In this document: piece after piece, positions 50,212-60,005 of the stretch
How positions within the stretch are numbered: the first letter of the stretch is position 1
How the letters are laid out: each line of letters opens with the position of its first letter
From: an uncultured Alphaproteobacteria bacterium
Lineage (GTDB): Bacteria; Pseudomonadota; Alphaproteobacteria; UBA2966
Direction of reading: 5' to 3'
Assembly (NCBI GenBank): GCA_958295725.1
Contig: OY282368.1
Location: forward strand, 2,946,365 to 3,010,364
Length of the DNA: 64,000 nt
The notes under the pieces: model-generated
What the model saw: the letters and a program-made list of their open reading frames with translations, nothing else
The model's database searches: none
Told to the model about the DNA's origin: nothing
Made by a program: the position numbers and the translations under genes

Positions 50212-52509
50212 ATGTCGGCTGCCGAGGACCTCGACTACCAGGAGAAGCCCCACGAGCTGAAGTGGGTGGGAACGAACGTCGCCCGCACGGACGGCGTCGA
50301 CAAGGTTACCGGGAGGGCGCGTTTCGGCGCCGACCTCATCATGTCCGGCATGTTGTTCGGCGCGGTGCTGCGCAGTCCGCACGCGCACGCGAGGATCAAC
50401 GGGATCGATACGTCCAGGGCGGAGGCCCTCAAGGGCGTCAAGGCGGTGGTCACGCGGAACGATTTCGAGGACCAGCCGTCGGAGATGATCCAGGTGGGCG
50501 AGCTGACGGTCAACATCCGGGACGTCATCCGCAACGTGCTGGCGCGGGAAAAGGCCATGTACGACGGTCACGCGGTGGCCGCCGTGGCCGCGACCAGCGC
50601 GTCCATCGCGCGCAAGGCGCTGAAGCTCATCGAGGTCGATTACGAGGTACTGCCACACGTCATCGACGTGGTCGAGGCGATGAAGCCCGACGCCCCGCTT
50701 CTCGACGAGAAACAGTTCACGGACGGTGTGGACCCGAAGCCCGACAAGCCGTCCAACGTGGCCAAGCGGCTCGAGATCAAGCTCGGCGACGTGGAGAAGG
50801 GGTTCGCCGAGGCCGACGTCGTCATCGAACGCGAATACAAGACGCGCCCGGTCCATCAGGGCTACATCGAGCCGCACGCCTGCGTGGCGAGCTACACGGA
50901 AGACGGCCAGGGCGAGGTCTGGTGCTCGACGCCCGGCCACTTCCTGGTCCGGGCGATCACCTCGCGTCTCTGCGGCATCGAGGTCTCGAAGCTCAAGGTC
51001 ACGGCCTCCGAGATCGGTGGCGGTTTCGGCGGCAAGAACATCGTCTATCTCGAACCCCTCGCCCTGGCGCTGTCGCGCAAATGCGGACGGCCGGTGAAGA
51101 TAGCGATGCACCGGAGCGAGGTCTTCCGGGCCACGGGGCCGACGTCCGGCGCCCACATGAAGGTGAAGATCGGCGCCCGGCGCGACGGCAGGATCACCGC
51201 GGGATGGGCCGAACTGATGTTCCAGGCGGGTGCCTTCCCGGGCTCGCCCGTGTTCCCGGCGGCGATGTGCGCCTACGCCTGCTACGACCTCGAGAACGTG
51301 CTGGTGATCGGCTACGACGTCATCGCCAACCGGCCCAAGACGACGGCCTATCGGGCACCGGGGGCGCAGATTTCGGCGTTCGCCGTGGAAAGCGCCATGG
51401 ATGAGATGGCGCGCGCGCTCGGTATCGATCCGGTGGACTTCCGGCTGATGAACGCCGCCAAGGAGGGGACGAAGGCCGCCTACGGCCCGACGTTCGGGCC
51501 GGTCGGGCAGGTGGAGACCCTGAAGGCCATCAAGAACCATCCGAACTACCGCGTGCCGCTCGGTCCGAACCAGGGCCGCGGGGTCGCGTCGGGGTTCTGG
51601 TTCAACATCGGCGGCGAGACCAGCGTCACCATGAACGTCAACGACGACGGCACCATCGCGCTGACGGTGGGGAACCCCGACCTTAGCGGTACGCGGACGT
51701 CCATCTCGGTGATGGCCGCCGAGGAGCTCGGCATCGATCCCGAACGCATCCGTCCCGCCGTCGGCGATACGACATCGCTCGGCTTCAACTTCATCAGCGC
51801 CGGCAGCCGCACGACGTTTGCCGTCGGCAAGGCGACGGTGGACGCGGCCCGAGTCGTGATCGGCGAGTTGAGGGCCCGCGCCGCCGCCGCCTGGAACATC
51901 CCGGTCGAGGCCGTGGTCTGGGAGGATGGGCGCGCCCGTCCCGCCAGCAGCAACGCGGGCGATTTCGAGCCCCTGTCGCTGGAGGACATCGCCCGCGACG
52001 CGAAGAAGACGGGCGGCCCGATCGCCGGGCACGTGGAGACCAACGTCTCCGGCGCGGGACCGAGCTTCGCGACCGAGGCGGTCGACGTCGAGGTGGATCC
52101 GGAAACGGGGCACATCAAGATCCTGCGCTTCACGGCCGCGCAAGACGCGGGCAGGGCCATCCAGCCGAACCTCGTAGAGGGCCAGTACCAGGGCGCGGCC
52201 GTCCAGGGCATCGGCTGGGCGCTCAACGAGGAATACATCTACGATGAGCGGGGACGGATGGAGAACCCGGGATTCCTGGACTATCGCATGCCCGTGGCCT
52301 CGGACCTGCCGATGATCGACGCGGTCATCGTCGAGGTCCCGAACCCGAATCACCCCTACGGTGTCCGGGGCATCGGCGAGACGTCCATCGTGCCGGTCAT
52401 GGCGGCCGTGGCGAACGCGCTCGAGGATGCGACGGGCGTCCGAATTCAGGAACTGCCCCTGTCGCCGCCTCGGGTCCTGAAGGCCCTCAACGAGAAGAAC
52501 GGGAGCTAG
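50212..52509 (+). CDS. xanthine dehydrogenase family molybdopterin-binding subunit
   Basis: DKVTGRARF, LRSPHAHA, IGGGFGGK, AYRAPG, QGIGWAL, GVRGIGE. Confidence 0.92.
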   Translation: MSAAEDLDYQEKPHELKWVGTNVARTDGVDKVTGRARFGADLIMSGMLFGAVLRSPHAHARINGIDTSRAEALKGVKAVVTRNDFEDQPSEMIQVGELTVNIRDVIRNVLAREKAMYDGHAVAAVAATSASIARKALKLIEVDYEVLPHVIDVVEAMKPDAPLLDEKQFTDGVDPKPDKPSNVAKRLEIKLGDVEKGFAEADVVIEREYKTRPVHQGYIEPHACVASYTEDGQGEVWCSTPGHFLVRAITSRLCGIEVSKLKVTASEIGGGFGGKNIVYLEPLALALSRKCGRPVKIAMHRSEVFRATGPTSGAHMKVKIGARRDGRITAGWAELMFQAGAFPGSPVFPAAMCAYACYDLENVLVIGYDVIANRPKTTAYRAPGAQISAFAVESAMDEMARALGIDPVDFRLMNAAKEGTKAAYGPTFGPVGQVETLKAIKNHPNYRVPLGPNQGRGVASGFWFNIGGETSVTMNVNDDGTIALTVGNPDLSGTRTSISVMAAEELGIDPERIRPAVGDTTSLGFNFISAGSRTTFAVGKATVDAARVVIGELRARAAAAWNIPVEAVVWEDGRARPASSNAGDFEPLSLEDIARDAKKTGGPIAGHVETNVSGAGPSFATEAVDVEVDPETGHIKILRFTAAQDAGRAIQPNLVEGQYQGAAVQGIGWALNEEYIYDERGRMENPGFLDYRMPVASDLPMIDAVIVEVPNPNHPYGVRGIGETSIVPVMAAVANALEDATGVRIQELPLSPPRVLKALNEKNGS

Positions 52510-52761
52510 AGTGGTTCCGGTCCGGCCGGAACCGCTCCGTCCTTCTCCCTCCGCCCGCGCGGAGAGCCGTTCCCGACTCCGCGGTTTTCCGCGTTCGCGG
52601 CACCCCATGGTCCACCGTGTATCCCGATCATCGAAATTGTCGGTATGCGGCGATTTCTCTTGAACACGTTGCGTAGCTTTCTCTCACGTGACTTCAGAAT
52701 AAATCAGGATTTTCATGTCCATTTCAGGGAGACGACGGGATAACCGGAGGCGCGATCTCCC

Positions 52762-54294
52762 ATGAACCCGGTTCGCAACGTCATTCTCATCACCTCCGAC
52801 CAGCAGCGCGGCGACTGCTTCGGCTTCGAGGGACGCAACATCAAGACCCCGCACCTCGATGTCATGGCGCGCGGAGGCACCCGCTTCGCCGCCTGCATCA
52901 CGCCGAACAACGTCTGCCAGCCGTCGCGCGCCTCGATCCTCACGGGGTTGCTGCCGAACACGCACGGCGTGCACGACAACGGCATCGACCTCGACCCCGC
53001 GGTCGGCAAGGCGGGCATCGCGGGGACCCTGGGCAACGCCGGGATAAGGACGGGGTTCATCGGCAAGGCGCACTTCTCGACGGCGTTGACGTTCGAGCCC
53101 ACGGGAACGCCGGAGAGCCGCCTGTCGATGGCGGACTACGGACCCGACTGGTTCGGCCCCTACATGGGATTCGAGCACGTGGAGCTGGTGGTCCTGGGTC
53201 ACAACCGCTGGCGCCCCATGGAACCCCCGGGCGGCCAACACTACGAGGCATGGTACTACGGGGACGGCCTCGGCCATCTCAAGAACGAGCTTTACGAGAC
53301 CCGTCTGGAGCCGGTCACGGATGCCGTCCAGACTTGGCATTCGGCGTTGCCGCCGGCCTGGCACAACTCGACCTGGGTCGGCGACCGGACCATCGAATTT
53401 CTCCGCGAGAACAAGGACGACCGGTTTTTCCTGTGGGCGTCCTTTCCGGACCCCCACCATCCCTTCGACGCTCCGGAACCGTGGTCGAGGCTACACCACC
53501 CGGAGGAAGTCGACCTGCCGCCCGAACGGACCAAGGACCTCGACCGCCGGCCCTGGTGGCACCGCGCCAGCCTCGAGGGTGTCCCGAGGATCACCGAGGA
53601 AATGCGGAATATCCGCCAGAACTACTCCCGCATTCCGAATCAGACCGACCGGCAGCTCCGCGAGATCATCGCCAACTACTACGGCATGATCTCGCTGATC
53701 GATCACAACGTCGGACGCATTCTAGCCGCGCTCGCCGACCTCGGCCTCGCCGACGACACGCTGGCGATCTACACGACCGATCACGGCGACTGGCTCGGCG
53801 ATCATGGACTGATCCTCAAGGGTCCCATCAATTACGAAGGGCTGGTTCGCGTCGGCCTGATCTTCCAGGGACCGTCGGTACCGCGAGACCGGGTCGTCGA
53901 CGATCCGGTCTCGACGCTGGACATACCGGCGACGGTGCTCGACTACATGGGCGTGTCGCCGGCCGGCAAGACGCACAGCCGCGGCCTCAAGGGGCTGGTG
54001 GACGGCAAGAACGGCGAGAGCCGGGACTTCGCCTACAACGAATGGGACATCAACGCCTCCCGGTGCGGCGTTGCTCTCGACCTGCGCATGGCGCGCACCC
54101 GGACCCACAAGATGACGATCGAGACCGGATCGGACGTCGGCGAGCTTTACGATCTGAAGAACGATCCCCACGAGATGGACAACCTGTTCGACGACGACGG
54201 TGCACGGTCCGTTCGCAAGGAACTGGAGGACATGATCGCCTCTCGCCCGGACGACGAGATGGAGGTCAGGCCGACCCCCGTGGGTATGGCATGA
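52762..54294 (+). CDS. Cys-type (formylglycine-dependent) sulfatase, no signal peptide
   Basis: SDQQR, CQPSRASILTG, GKAH, PDPHHP, TTDHGD. Confidence 0.92.
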   Translation: MNPVRNVILITSDQQRGDCFGFEGRNIKTPHLDVMARGGTRFAACITPNNVCQPSRASILTGLLPNTHGVHDNGIDLDPAVGKAGIAGTLGNAGIRTGFIGKAHFSTALTFEPTGTPESRLSMADYGPDWFGPYMGFEHVELVVLGHNRWRPMEPPGGQHYEAWYYGDGLGHLKNELYETRLEPVTDAVQTWHSALPPAWHNSTWVGDRTIEFLRENKDDRFFLWASFPDPHHPFDAPEPWSRLHHPEEVDLPPERTKDLDRRPWWHRASLEGVPRITEEMRNIRQNYSRIPNQTDRQLREIIANYYGMISLIDHNVGRILAALADLGLADDTLAIYTTDHGDWLGDHGLILKGPINYEGLVRVGLIFQGPSVPRDRVVDDPVSTLDIPATVLDYMGVSPAGKTHSRGLKGLVDGKNGESRDFAYNEWDINASRCGVALDLRMARTRTHKMTIETGSDVGELYDLKNDPHEMDNLFDDDGARSVRKELEDMIASRPDDEMEVRPTPVGMA

Positions 54295-54356
54295 ATAGCA
54301 TGACCGCGCTTCGGTCGGCGCAGGGACGGCGCCGGCCCGGCGGGTGACGCGCCTCC

Positions 54357-54824
54357 ATGGCTCGGCGCCGTCTGCTCATCGTCGCCCATACGCCCTCGCC
54401 CAATACGGAACGGCTGCGGGAGGCGGTGCTGCGTGGGGCCATGAACCCCGATATCGGGAACGTGACGGTGCGGGCGATCCCGCCTCTCGAGGCGGGGCCG
54501 GACGATGTCCTCGCGACGGAGGCCGTGATCCTGGGCACCACGGAGAACCTGGGATACATGAGCGGGGCGCTGAAGGATTTCTTCGACCGGAGCTACTACC
54601 CCTGTCTCGAACGCACGCAGGGGCTACCCTACGCCCTCTACGTTCGCGCGGGCCGGGACGGCACCGGGACGCGCCGGGGCGTCGAGACGATCGTCACGGG
54701 GTTGAGATGGCGCGCCGTCCAGGAGCCGTTGATCTGCCGGGGAGAGTGGCGGGACGACTTCGTCGACCGGTGCGAGGATCTCGGGATGGCGATGGCCGCG
54801 GGCCTCGAGGCGGGAGTGTTCTGA
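54357..54824 (+). CDS. flavodoxin-like fold protein
   Basis: HTPSPNT, GTTENLGYMSGALKDFFDR, AGRDGTG. Confidence 0.85.
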   Translation: MARRRLLIVAHTPSPNTERLREAVLRGAMNPDIGNVTVRAIPPLEAGPDDVLATEAVILGTTENLGYMSGALKDFFDRSYYPCLERTQGLPYALYVRAGRDGTGTRRGVETIVTGLRWRAVQEPLICRGEWRDDFVDRCEDLGMAMAAGLEAGVF

Positions 54825-54984
54825 TCCCGCACATTCGCGTGATCCGCGCGCCATGGAGGGCGCCGACGGTCGCGCGGTGCGCCATCGGCGATTCCTGTCA
54901 TGGCGTCGAACAGCTCCGCAGGGGGGCAACGGGCGGCAGTAAGGGAGCGTTGCCGCATTTTCGCCGATTCGTTCCGGACAAAAT

Positions 54985-54995
54985 GGGGGGGGGGG
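54985..54995. repeat. G11 homopolymer
   Basis: 11 consecutive G in the intergenic region before a low-GC gene pair. Confidence 0.85.
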
Positions 54996-55125
54996 ACGGA
55001 TGGAAACCGAACCCGCCAAGCGTCTGGAAACACCATAACGGGAACCGCCGTCGCGCCGGAAGGGGGTGACGCCTTTACCTCGTGAAGTTGTAAGCTCCCG
55101 TAAATTCCTTGATTGTTCGATCCGC

Positions 55126-55554
55126 ATGACGAAAAAAGACCGATCTCACAGTCCCAAGTCTCGCGAGCTATCCGAGCATGAGGCGCGTCTCTACCGGCAC
55201 GATATCTGGGCGAAGGCAGTCGTCAGGGTCGTACGCGCCGTAGTGCCTTGGACCGGGATCGCTTTCTGTGTCTACTGGGCCGCCCAAGCCACCATTGAGT
55301 GGTCGGGCGAGACGACCGCGGCCGACCTGCACCTGATTCTGGAAGGAACCGGTTGGGCTGAGATCGTCGCGGCTCTCGGTATTTTGTTCGGCTTCGGGGG
55401 GATCGCCTATGGCAAGCAGCGAAAGCACCTTCTACGTAAGACCATTCGCCACTCCGAAACACTCGATATCTCCGCCGCCTCGCCCTCGCTCAATACACCC
55501 CGATGGGTGCAACCATATACCTCAAGGAGAAAGCGATGTTATCCCGCTGGATGA
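55126..55554 (+). CDS. hypothetical membrane protein (low GC, C-terminus possibly degenerate)
   Basis: Two hydrophobic segments (VVPWTGIAFCVYW; IVAALGILFGFGGIAYG) followed by a basic stretch; atypical codon usage. Confidence 0.5.
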   Translation: MTKKDRSHSPKSRELSEHEARLYRHDIWAKAVVRVVRAVVPWTGIAFCVYWAAQATIEWSGETTAADLHLILEGTGWAEIVAALGILFGFGGIAYGKQRKHLLRKTIRHSETLDISAASPSLNTPRWVQPYTSRRKRCYPAG

Positions 55555-56138
55555 GTCTGCTCACGCTTCCGCCGATGCTGTTGCTGGGCGCTTGCGCAAC
55601 GGTAACCAAGGGTACGGACCAGACCGTAGCCGTAATCACGGACCCGCCCGGCAGCGCTTGTGAACTGAGTCGCGAGGGCAACACGATAGCGGTCATCAAT
55701 CCGACACCGGGGAGCGTGTCCCTTGAAAAAGACAAGGACACCGTGATTGTGCGTTGCGAGAAGGCAGGCCATTTCGATGGTATGGAGACCTTGGCGAGCT
55801 CGTTCCAGGGCATGACCTTCGGCAACGTCATTTTCGGGGGAGTTATTGGCGTTGGAGTGGACGCCGCAAGCGGCGCGATGCACCACTACCCGCCGAACGT
55901 TACGGTCGTTTTGCCGCCAAGGCGTTTTGTCAGCGCGGAAGCCCGCGATGCGTTCTTCGATCGGCAAGCGAGCCGGATCGAGACCGAAGCGAAAGCCACC
56001 ATCGCGGAGGTCAGGAAGACATGCCATTCGTCGGATGACGTGGACGGTTGCAAAGCTTCGGTCGAGGCCGTTGAGGTCGAACGCGATGCCAAGCTGCAAG
56101 CGTTGGCGGACCAGCGGAAAGCCGCCGCCGTCGATTGA
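55536..56138 (+). CDS. putative lipoprotein
   Basis: AAGGAG RBS; lipobox LLGAC; CATVTKGTDQ..TDPPGSAC; glycine-zipper GNVIFGGVIGVGVDAASGA. Confidence 0.8.
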   Translation: MLSRWMSLLTLPPMLLLGACATVTKGTDQTVAVITDPPGSACELSREGNTIAVINPTPGSVSLEKDKDTVIVRCEKAGHFDGMETLASSFQGMTFGNVIFGGVIGVGVDAASGAMHHYPPNVTVVLPPRRFVSAEARDAFFDRQASRIETEAKATIAEVRKTCHSSDDVDGCKASVEAVEVERDAKLQALADQRKAAAVD

Positions 56139-56236
56139 CAAGGGCTATCGCGGGGACGGGGACGAAGCTCGGGGCTGAACAGACTGCGTCCCGAGAACGC
56201 CGCGGCGAGGCCCGCGCGCCTCGGAATCCTGTCGTC

Positions 56237-56995
56237 CTACTCCCCCGAGGCGAGGTGGAGTCGCGCGGCACCGAATACCGGGCCGCCCCCTTCCTTCTGG
56301 ACGATGACGACGCAGCCGTCCCGGCCGGCCTCGCGCATCGGGGCGAGGTCGACGGGGATCTCCATGACGTCTCCGCGCCAGCGTCCGACCTGGCGGATGT
56401 TCCGGACGACGTTGTGGTAGGTGAGCCGCCGTCCCGAGTTCTCGCCGCGCAGGACATCCACCGTCCGTTCGGCGTCGAACTCGATCAGCCAGACATCGGC
56501 GGACGACATCCCGGACCCGGCGCCGATCCCGATCGTCGCGCGGTCCCGCGTGGACGCGACGAGAGCGACAGGCAACAGATTCCGAGTCGAGCGACGCGCC
56601 TCGGCGATGGTCCTTTCGACGTCGTCGATTCGGGACCCGACGACGTCGACAATGCCGTCGATGACCATTTCCGGCGTGTAGACGTACCGCGCGTTGAAGG
56701 ATTTGCCGTGCCGACGTTGGCGCGCGGTGGACTGCGGAAGGGCGAAGGTGTCCTTCCAACCGATGTAGTCCCAGTAATCGACGTGAAACGACAGCGCGAT
56801 GAGGCCGTCGCGCCGGGCCAGCTCCCCGAGATATTCGTCGGCGGGCGGGCAGGAACTGCATCCCTGCGAAGTGAACAGCTCGACGACGGTGGGAGACCTG
56901 TCGTCCGCCCGCACCGCCGCCGATGCCGAGATCACCCCCAGCACCAAGATCGCGGCGGCGAAACCCGTCAAACCCGTTCGTCGGATACCGTGCAT
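56237..56995 (-). CDS. DUF1223 family secreted thioredoxin-fold protein
   Basis: Signal peptide; VVELFTSQGCSSCPPAD, HVDYWDYIGWKD, YTPEMVIDG, RGENSGR; downstream of acnA. Confidence 0.9.
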   Translation of the reverse strand: MHGIRRTGLTGFAAAILVLGVISASAAVRADDRSPTVVELFTSQGCSSCPPADEYLGELARRDGLIALSFHVDYWDYIGWKDTFALPQSTARQRRHGKSFNARYVYTPEMVIDGIVDVVGSRIDDVERTIAEARRSTRNLLPVALVASTRDRATIGIGAGSGMSSADVWLIEFDAERTVDVLRGENSGRRLTYHNVVRNIRQVGRWRGDVMEIPVDLAPMREAGRDGCVVIVQKEGGGPVFGAARLHLASGE

Positions 56996-57064
56996 GAGTC
57001 GGTCCGTATACGCCACTGCGAGGACACGGGCCAATCACGCTTCCGTGAGGACGGGGCGCATGGT

Positions 57065-59761
57065 CTACACGGCGGCGGGTTCCATGAGATTCCGGAGCAC
57101 GTACTGGAGTATCCCGCCGTGCCGGTAATACTCGACCTCGTCGAGGGTATCGACCCGGCAGATCAGGGGAATCTCCTCGCTCGAGCCGTCGCTCCGCGTG
57201 ATGCGGCAGGTCACGTCCATGCGCGGCGCGATCCCGTCGGCGATACCCTCGATGTCGAAGGTCTCGCTGCCGTCGAGCCCCAGCGACCCGCGATTCGCTC
57301 CGTCCTTGAACTGCAACGGCAGAACACCCATCCCGACGAGGTTGGAGCGGTGAATGCGCTCGAAACTCTCGGCGATGACCGCTTCGATCCCGAGGAGGCG
57401 CGTCCCCTTCGCCGCCCAGTCGCGGGACGAACCGGTCCCGTATTCCTTGCCGGCGACGACGACGAGCGGGACCCCTTCGTCCCGGTACTTCATGGCGGCG
57501 TCGTAGATCGACATCCCCTCGCCGTCCGGCATGTGCCGGGTGACGCCGCCCTCGGCGCCAGCGACGATCTCGTTGCGCAGACGGATGTTGGCGAAGGTCC
57601 CGCGCATCATGACCTCATGATTGCCCCGCCGGGCGCCGTAGGAATTGAATTCCGCCGGCGGCACCTGGCGATCGACCAGATACGTCCCGGCGGGTCCGTC
57701 CCGCTTGATGGAACCCGCCGGCGAAATGTGGTCGGTGGTGATGCCGTCGCCGAGCAAGACCAGCATCCGCGCGCCCGAAATGTCGGAGAAGTCTCCGGGG
57801 TCGCGCGACATATTCTCGAAGAACGGCGGATGCCGGACGTAGGTGGATCCGATATCCCACCGGTACGTCAACGACGCGGCGGCCTCGACCTGTCGCCAGG
57901 CTTCCGTCCCCGTGAAGACGTCCCCGTACCGTTGACGGAACATCTCGGGCGTCACGCAGGAGCGGACGGTCTCTGAAATATCGCGGTTCGAGGGCCAGAT
58001 GTCCTTGAGATAGACCGGCTCTCCATCGGCTCCCTCGCCCAGCGGTTCGGCCACGATGTCAATGCCGACGTTACCGGCGATGGCATAGGCCACGACCAGA
58101 ATGGGCGAGGCCAGATAGTTCAACCTGGTCCACGGACTCACGCGGCCTTCGAAGTTGCGGTTCCCCGAAAGAATCGCGCCGACGACCAGATCGCCCTCGG
58201 AGATCGCCCCGGAGATCGAGTCGTCGAGAGGCCCGGAGTTGCCGATGCACGTCGTGCAGCCATAGCCCACGAGGTTGAAGCCGAGGGCGTCCAGGTCGTC
58301 CTGGAGGCCGGCTTTCTCGAGATAATCGGTCACCACTTGCGATCCCGGCGCGAGCGATGTCTTGACCCACGGCTTGACCTCGAGACCCCTGGCCACGGCG
58401 TTGCGCGCGAGCAGTCCGGCGCCCACCATGACGCTGGGGTTGGACGTGTTCGTACAGCTCGTGATCGCCGCGATGACGATGTCGCCGTCGGCGAGATCAA
58501 AGTCCCTCCCCGCGACCGGCGCGGAGATCCTGCCCCCGGAGTCGCCCCGCGCCTCCGCGAGCGACCCTTCGAGCCCCTTCGCCGCCCCGTTCGGCGAGAT
58601 TCGGTCCTGGGGACGCCTGGGCCCCGCCATGCTCGGCTCGACGCCGCCGATGTCGAGCTCGAGGGTGTCGGAGAACTCGGGGTCCGGCATGCCCGCCTCG
58701 CGCCACATGCCCTGCGCCTTGGCATAGGCTTCGACGAGCGCGATACGCCGCGGGTCGCGCGCGCTGAGTTCGAGGTAGGCGAGCGTTTCGCCGTCTATGG
58801 GAAAGAATCCACACGTCGCTCCGTACTCGGGAGCCATGTTGGAGAGCGTCGCGCGGTCGGCGAGCGAGAGCTCGTCGAGACCGGGCCCATGGAACTCGAC
58901 GAACTTGCCCACGACGCCCTTCCGCCGCAGCATCTGGGTTACGGTGAGCACCAGATCCGTCGCCGTCGCGCCCTCCCCGAGCGCGCCGGTCAGCTTGAAC
59001 CCGACGACTTCCGGCACCAGCATCGAGATCGGCTGACCGAGCATGGCGGCCTCGGCTTCGATCCCGCCGACGCCCCAGCCGAGCACCGCGAGACCATTGA
59101 CCATCGTGGTATGCGAGTCCGTGCCCACGAGCGTATCCGGATAGGCGATCGTCCGGCCGTCGACGTCCGCCGTCCACACCACCTGCGCGAGGTATTCCAG
59201 GTTGACCTGATGGCAGATGCCGGTTCCCGGCGGGACCACGCGGAAGTTGTCGAACGCGGACTGGCCCCAGCGCAGGAACGCGTATCGTTCCCTGTTGCGC
59301 CGCATCTCCATCTCGACGTTGGCGCGAAACGCGTCGGCGGAGCCGAACCGATCCACCATCACCGAGTGATCCACGACGAGGTCGACCGGAGAGAGAGGGT
59401 TGATCCTCGTCGGATCGCCTCCCAAGTCGGACATCGCGGCCCGCATCGCCGCGAGGTCGGCAACGGCGGGAACGCCCGTGAAGTCCTGCATCAGCACACG
59501 GGCCGGCCGGTAGGCGATCTCCCGGTCGGAGGGTCGGGCCGCCGACCAGCCGGCGAGACCCGCGACGTCGTCGACCGTCACGGTCCGCCCGTCCTCGTGC
59601 CGCAGGAGATTCTCGAGCAGGACCTTCAACGAGAAGGGAAGCCGGGAGATGTCCCCGAGTCCGGCGTCCGCCGCCGCCTCCAGGCTGAAATAGTCATAGG
59701 ACTCGCCATCCACGCTCAACGCGCGGCGCACGCCCAATGTGTCCTGGCCGATGGTCGTCAC
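57065..59761 (-). CDS. acnA: aconitate hydratase A
   Basis: RVLMQDFTGVP, DHSV, GICHQVNLE, DSHT, AITSCTNTSNP, GCTTCIGNSG, GSSRDWAAKG. Confidence 0.98.
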   Translation of the reverse strand: MTTIGQDTLGVRRALSVDGESYDYFSLEAAADAGLGDISRLPFSLKVLLENLLRHEDGRTVTVDDVAGLAGWSAARPSDREIAYRPARVLMQDFTGVPAVADLAAMRAAMSDLGGDPTRINPLSPVDLVVDHSVMVDRFGSADAFRANVEMEMRRNRERYAFLRWGQSAFDNFRVVPPGTGICHQVNLEYLAQVVWTADVDGRTIAYPDTLVGTDSHTTMVNGLAVLGWGVGGIEAEAAMLGQPISMLVPEVVGFKLTGALGEGATATDLVLTVTQMLRRKGVVGKFVEFHGPGLDELSLADRATLSNMAPEYGATCGFFPIDGETLAYLELSARDPRRIALVEAYAKAQGMWREAGMPDPEFSDTLELDIGGVEPSMAGPRRPQDRISPNGAAKGLEGSLAEARGDSGGRISAPVAGRDFDLADGDIVIAAITSCTNTSNPSVMVGAGLLARNAVARGLEVKPWVKTSLAPGSQVVTDYLEKAGLQDDLDALGFNLVGYGCTTCIGNSGPLDDSISGAISEGDLVVGAILSGNRNFEGRVSPWTRLNYLASPILVVAYAIAGNVGIDIVAEPLGEGADGEPVYLKDIWPSNRDISETVRSCVTPEMFRQRYGDVFTGTEAWRQVEAAASLTYRWDIGSTYVRHPPFFENMSRDPGDFSDISGARMLVLLGDGITTDHISPAGSIKRDGPAGTYLVDRQVPPAEFNSYGARRGNHEVMMRGTFANIRLRNEIVAGAEGGVTRHMPDGEGMSIYDAAMKYRDEGVPLVVVAGKEYGTGSSRDWAAKGTRLLGIEAVIAESFERIHRSNLVGMGVLPLQFKDGANRGSLGLDGSETFDIEGIADGIAPRMDVTCRITRSDGSSEEIPLICRVDTLDEVEYYRHGGILQYVLRNLMEPAAV

Positions 59762-60005
59762 GGCGCGCCCCTCCTCTCGTCGATCCCCGGGCCTCGGGCC
59801 CGCGTTCCCGCGCTATCAATCACAAACCCGGCGCGAGAGCCAGCCCCCGCGTCCGTTTTCGGCGCGCGGCGCACGGCGGAACGGTGGCGTGTTGCGCGGT
59901 CCGGCAATGTTGCTAATGTTCCGGCGACGCAAAGGGGGACATCCGGTTCCAGCGCGTTCGGGCAGCGCCCGCCGCCCTGTCGCGAGGCTTGAGGATGGTC
60001 ACGTC

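Noticed and set aside
50212-52509. Aerobic CO dehydrogenase (coxL)
   Set aside because: Active-site loop is AYRAPG, not AYXCSFR or AYXGAGR, and no coxDEFG genes are present
59880-59920. sigma54 promoter upstream of the acyl-CoA ligase
   Set aside because: TGGC/GGC and TTGC elements are present, but the spacing is too short for a -24/-12 promoter
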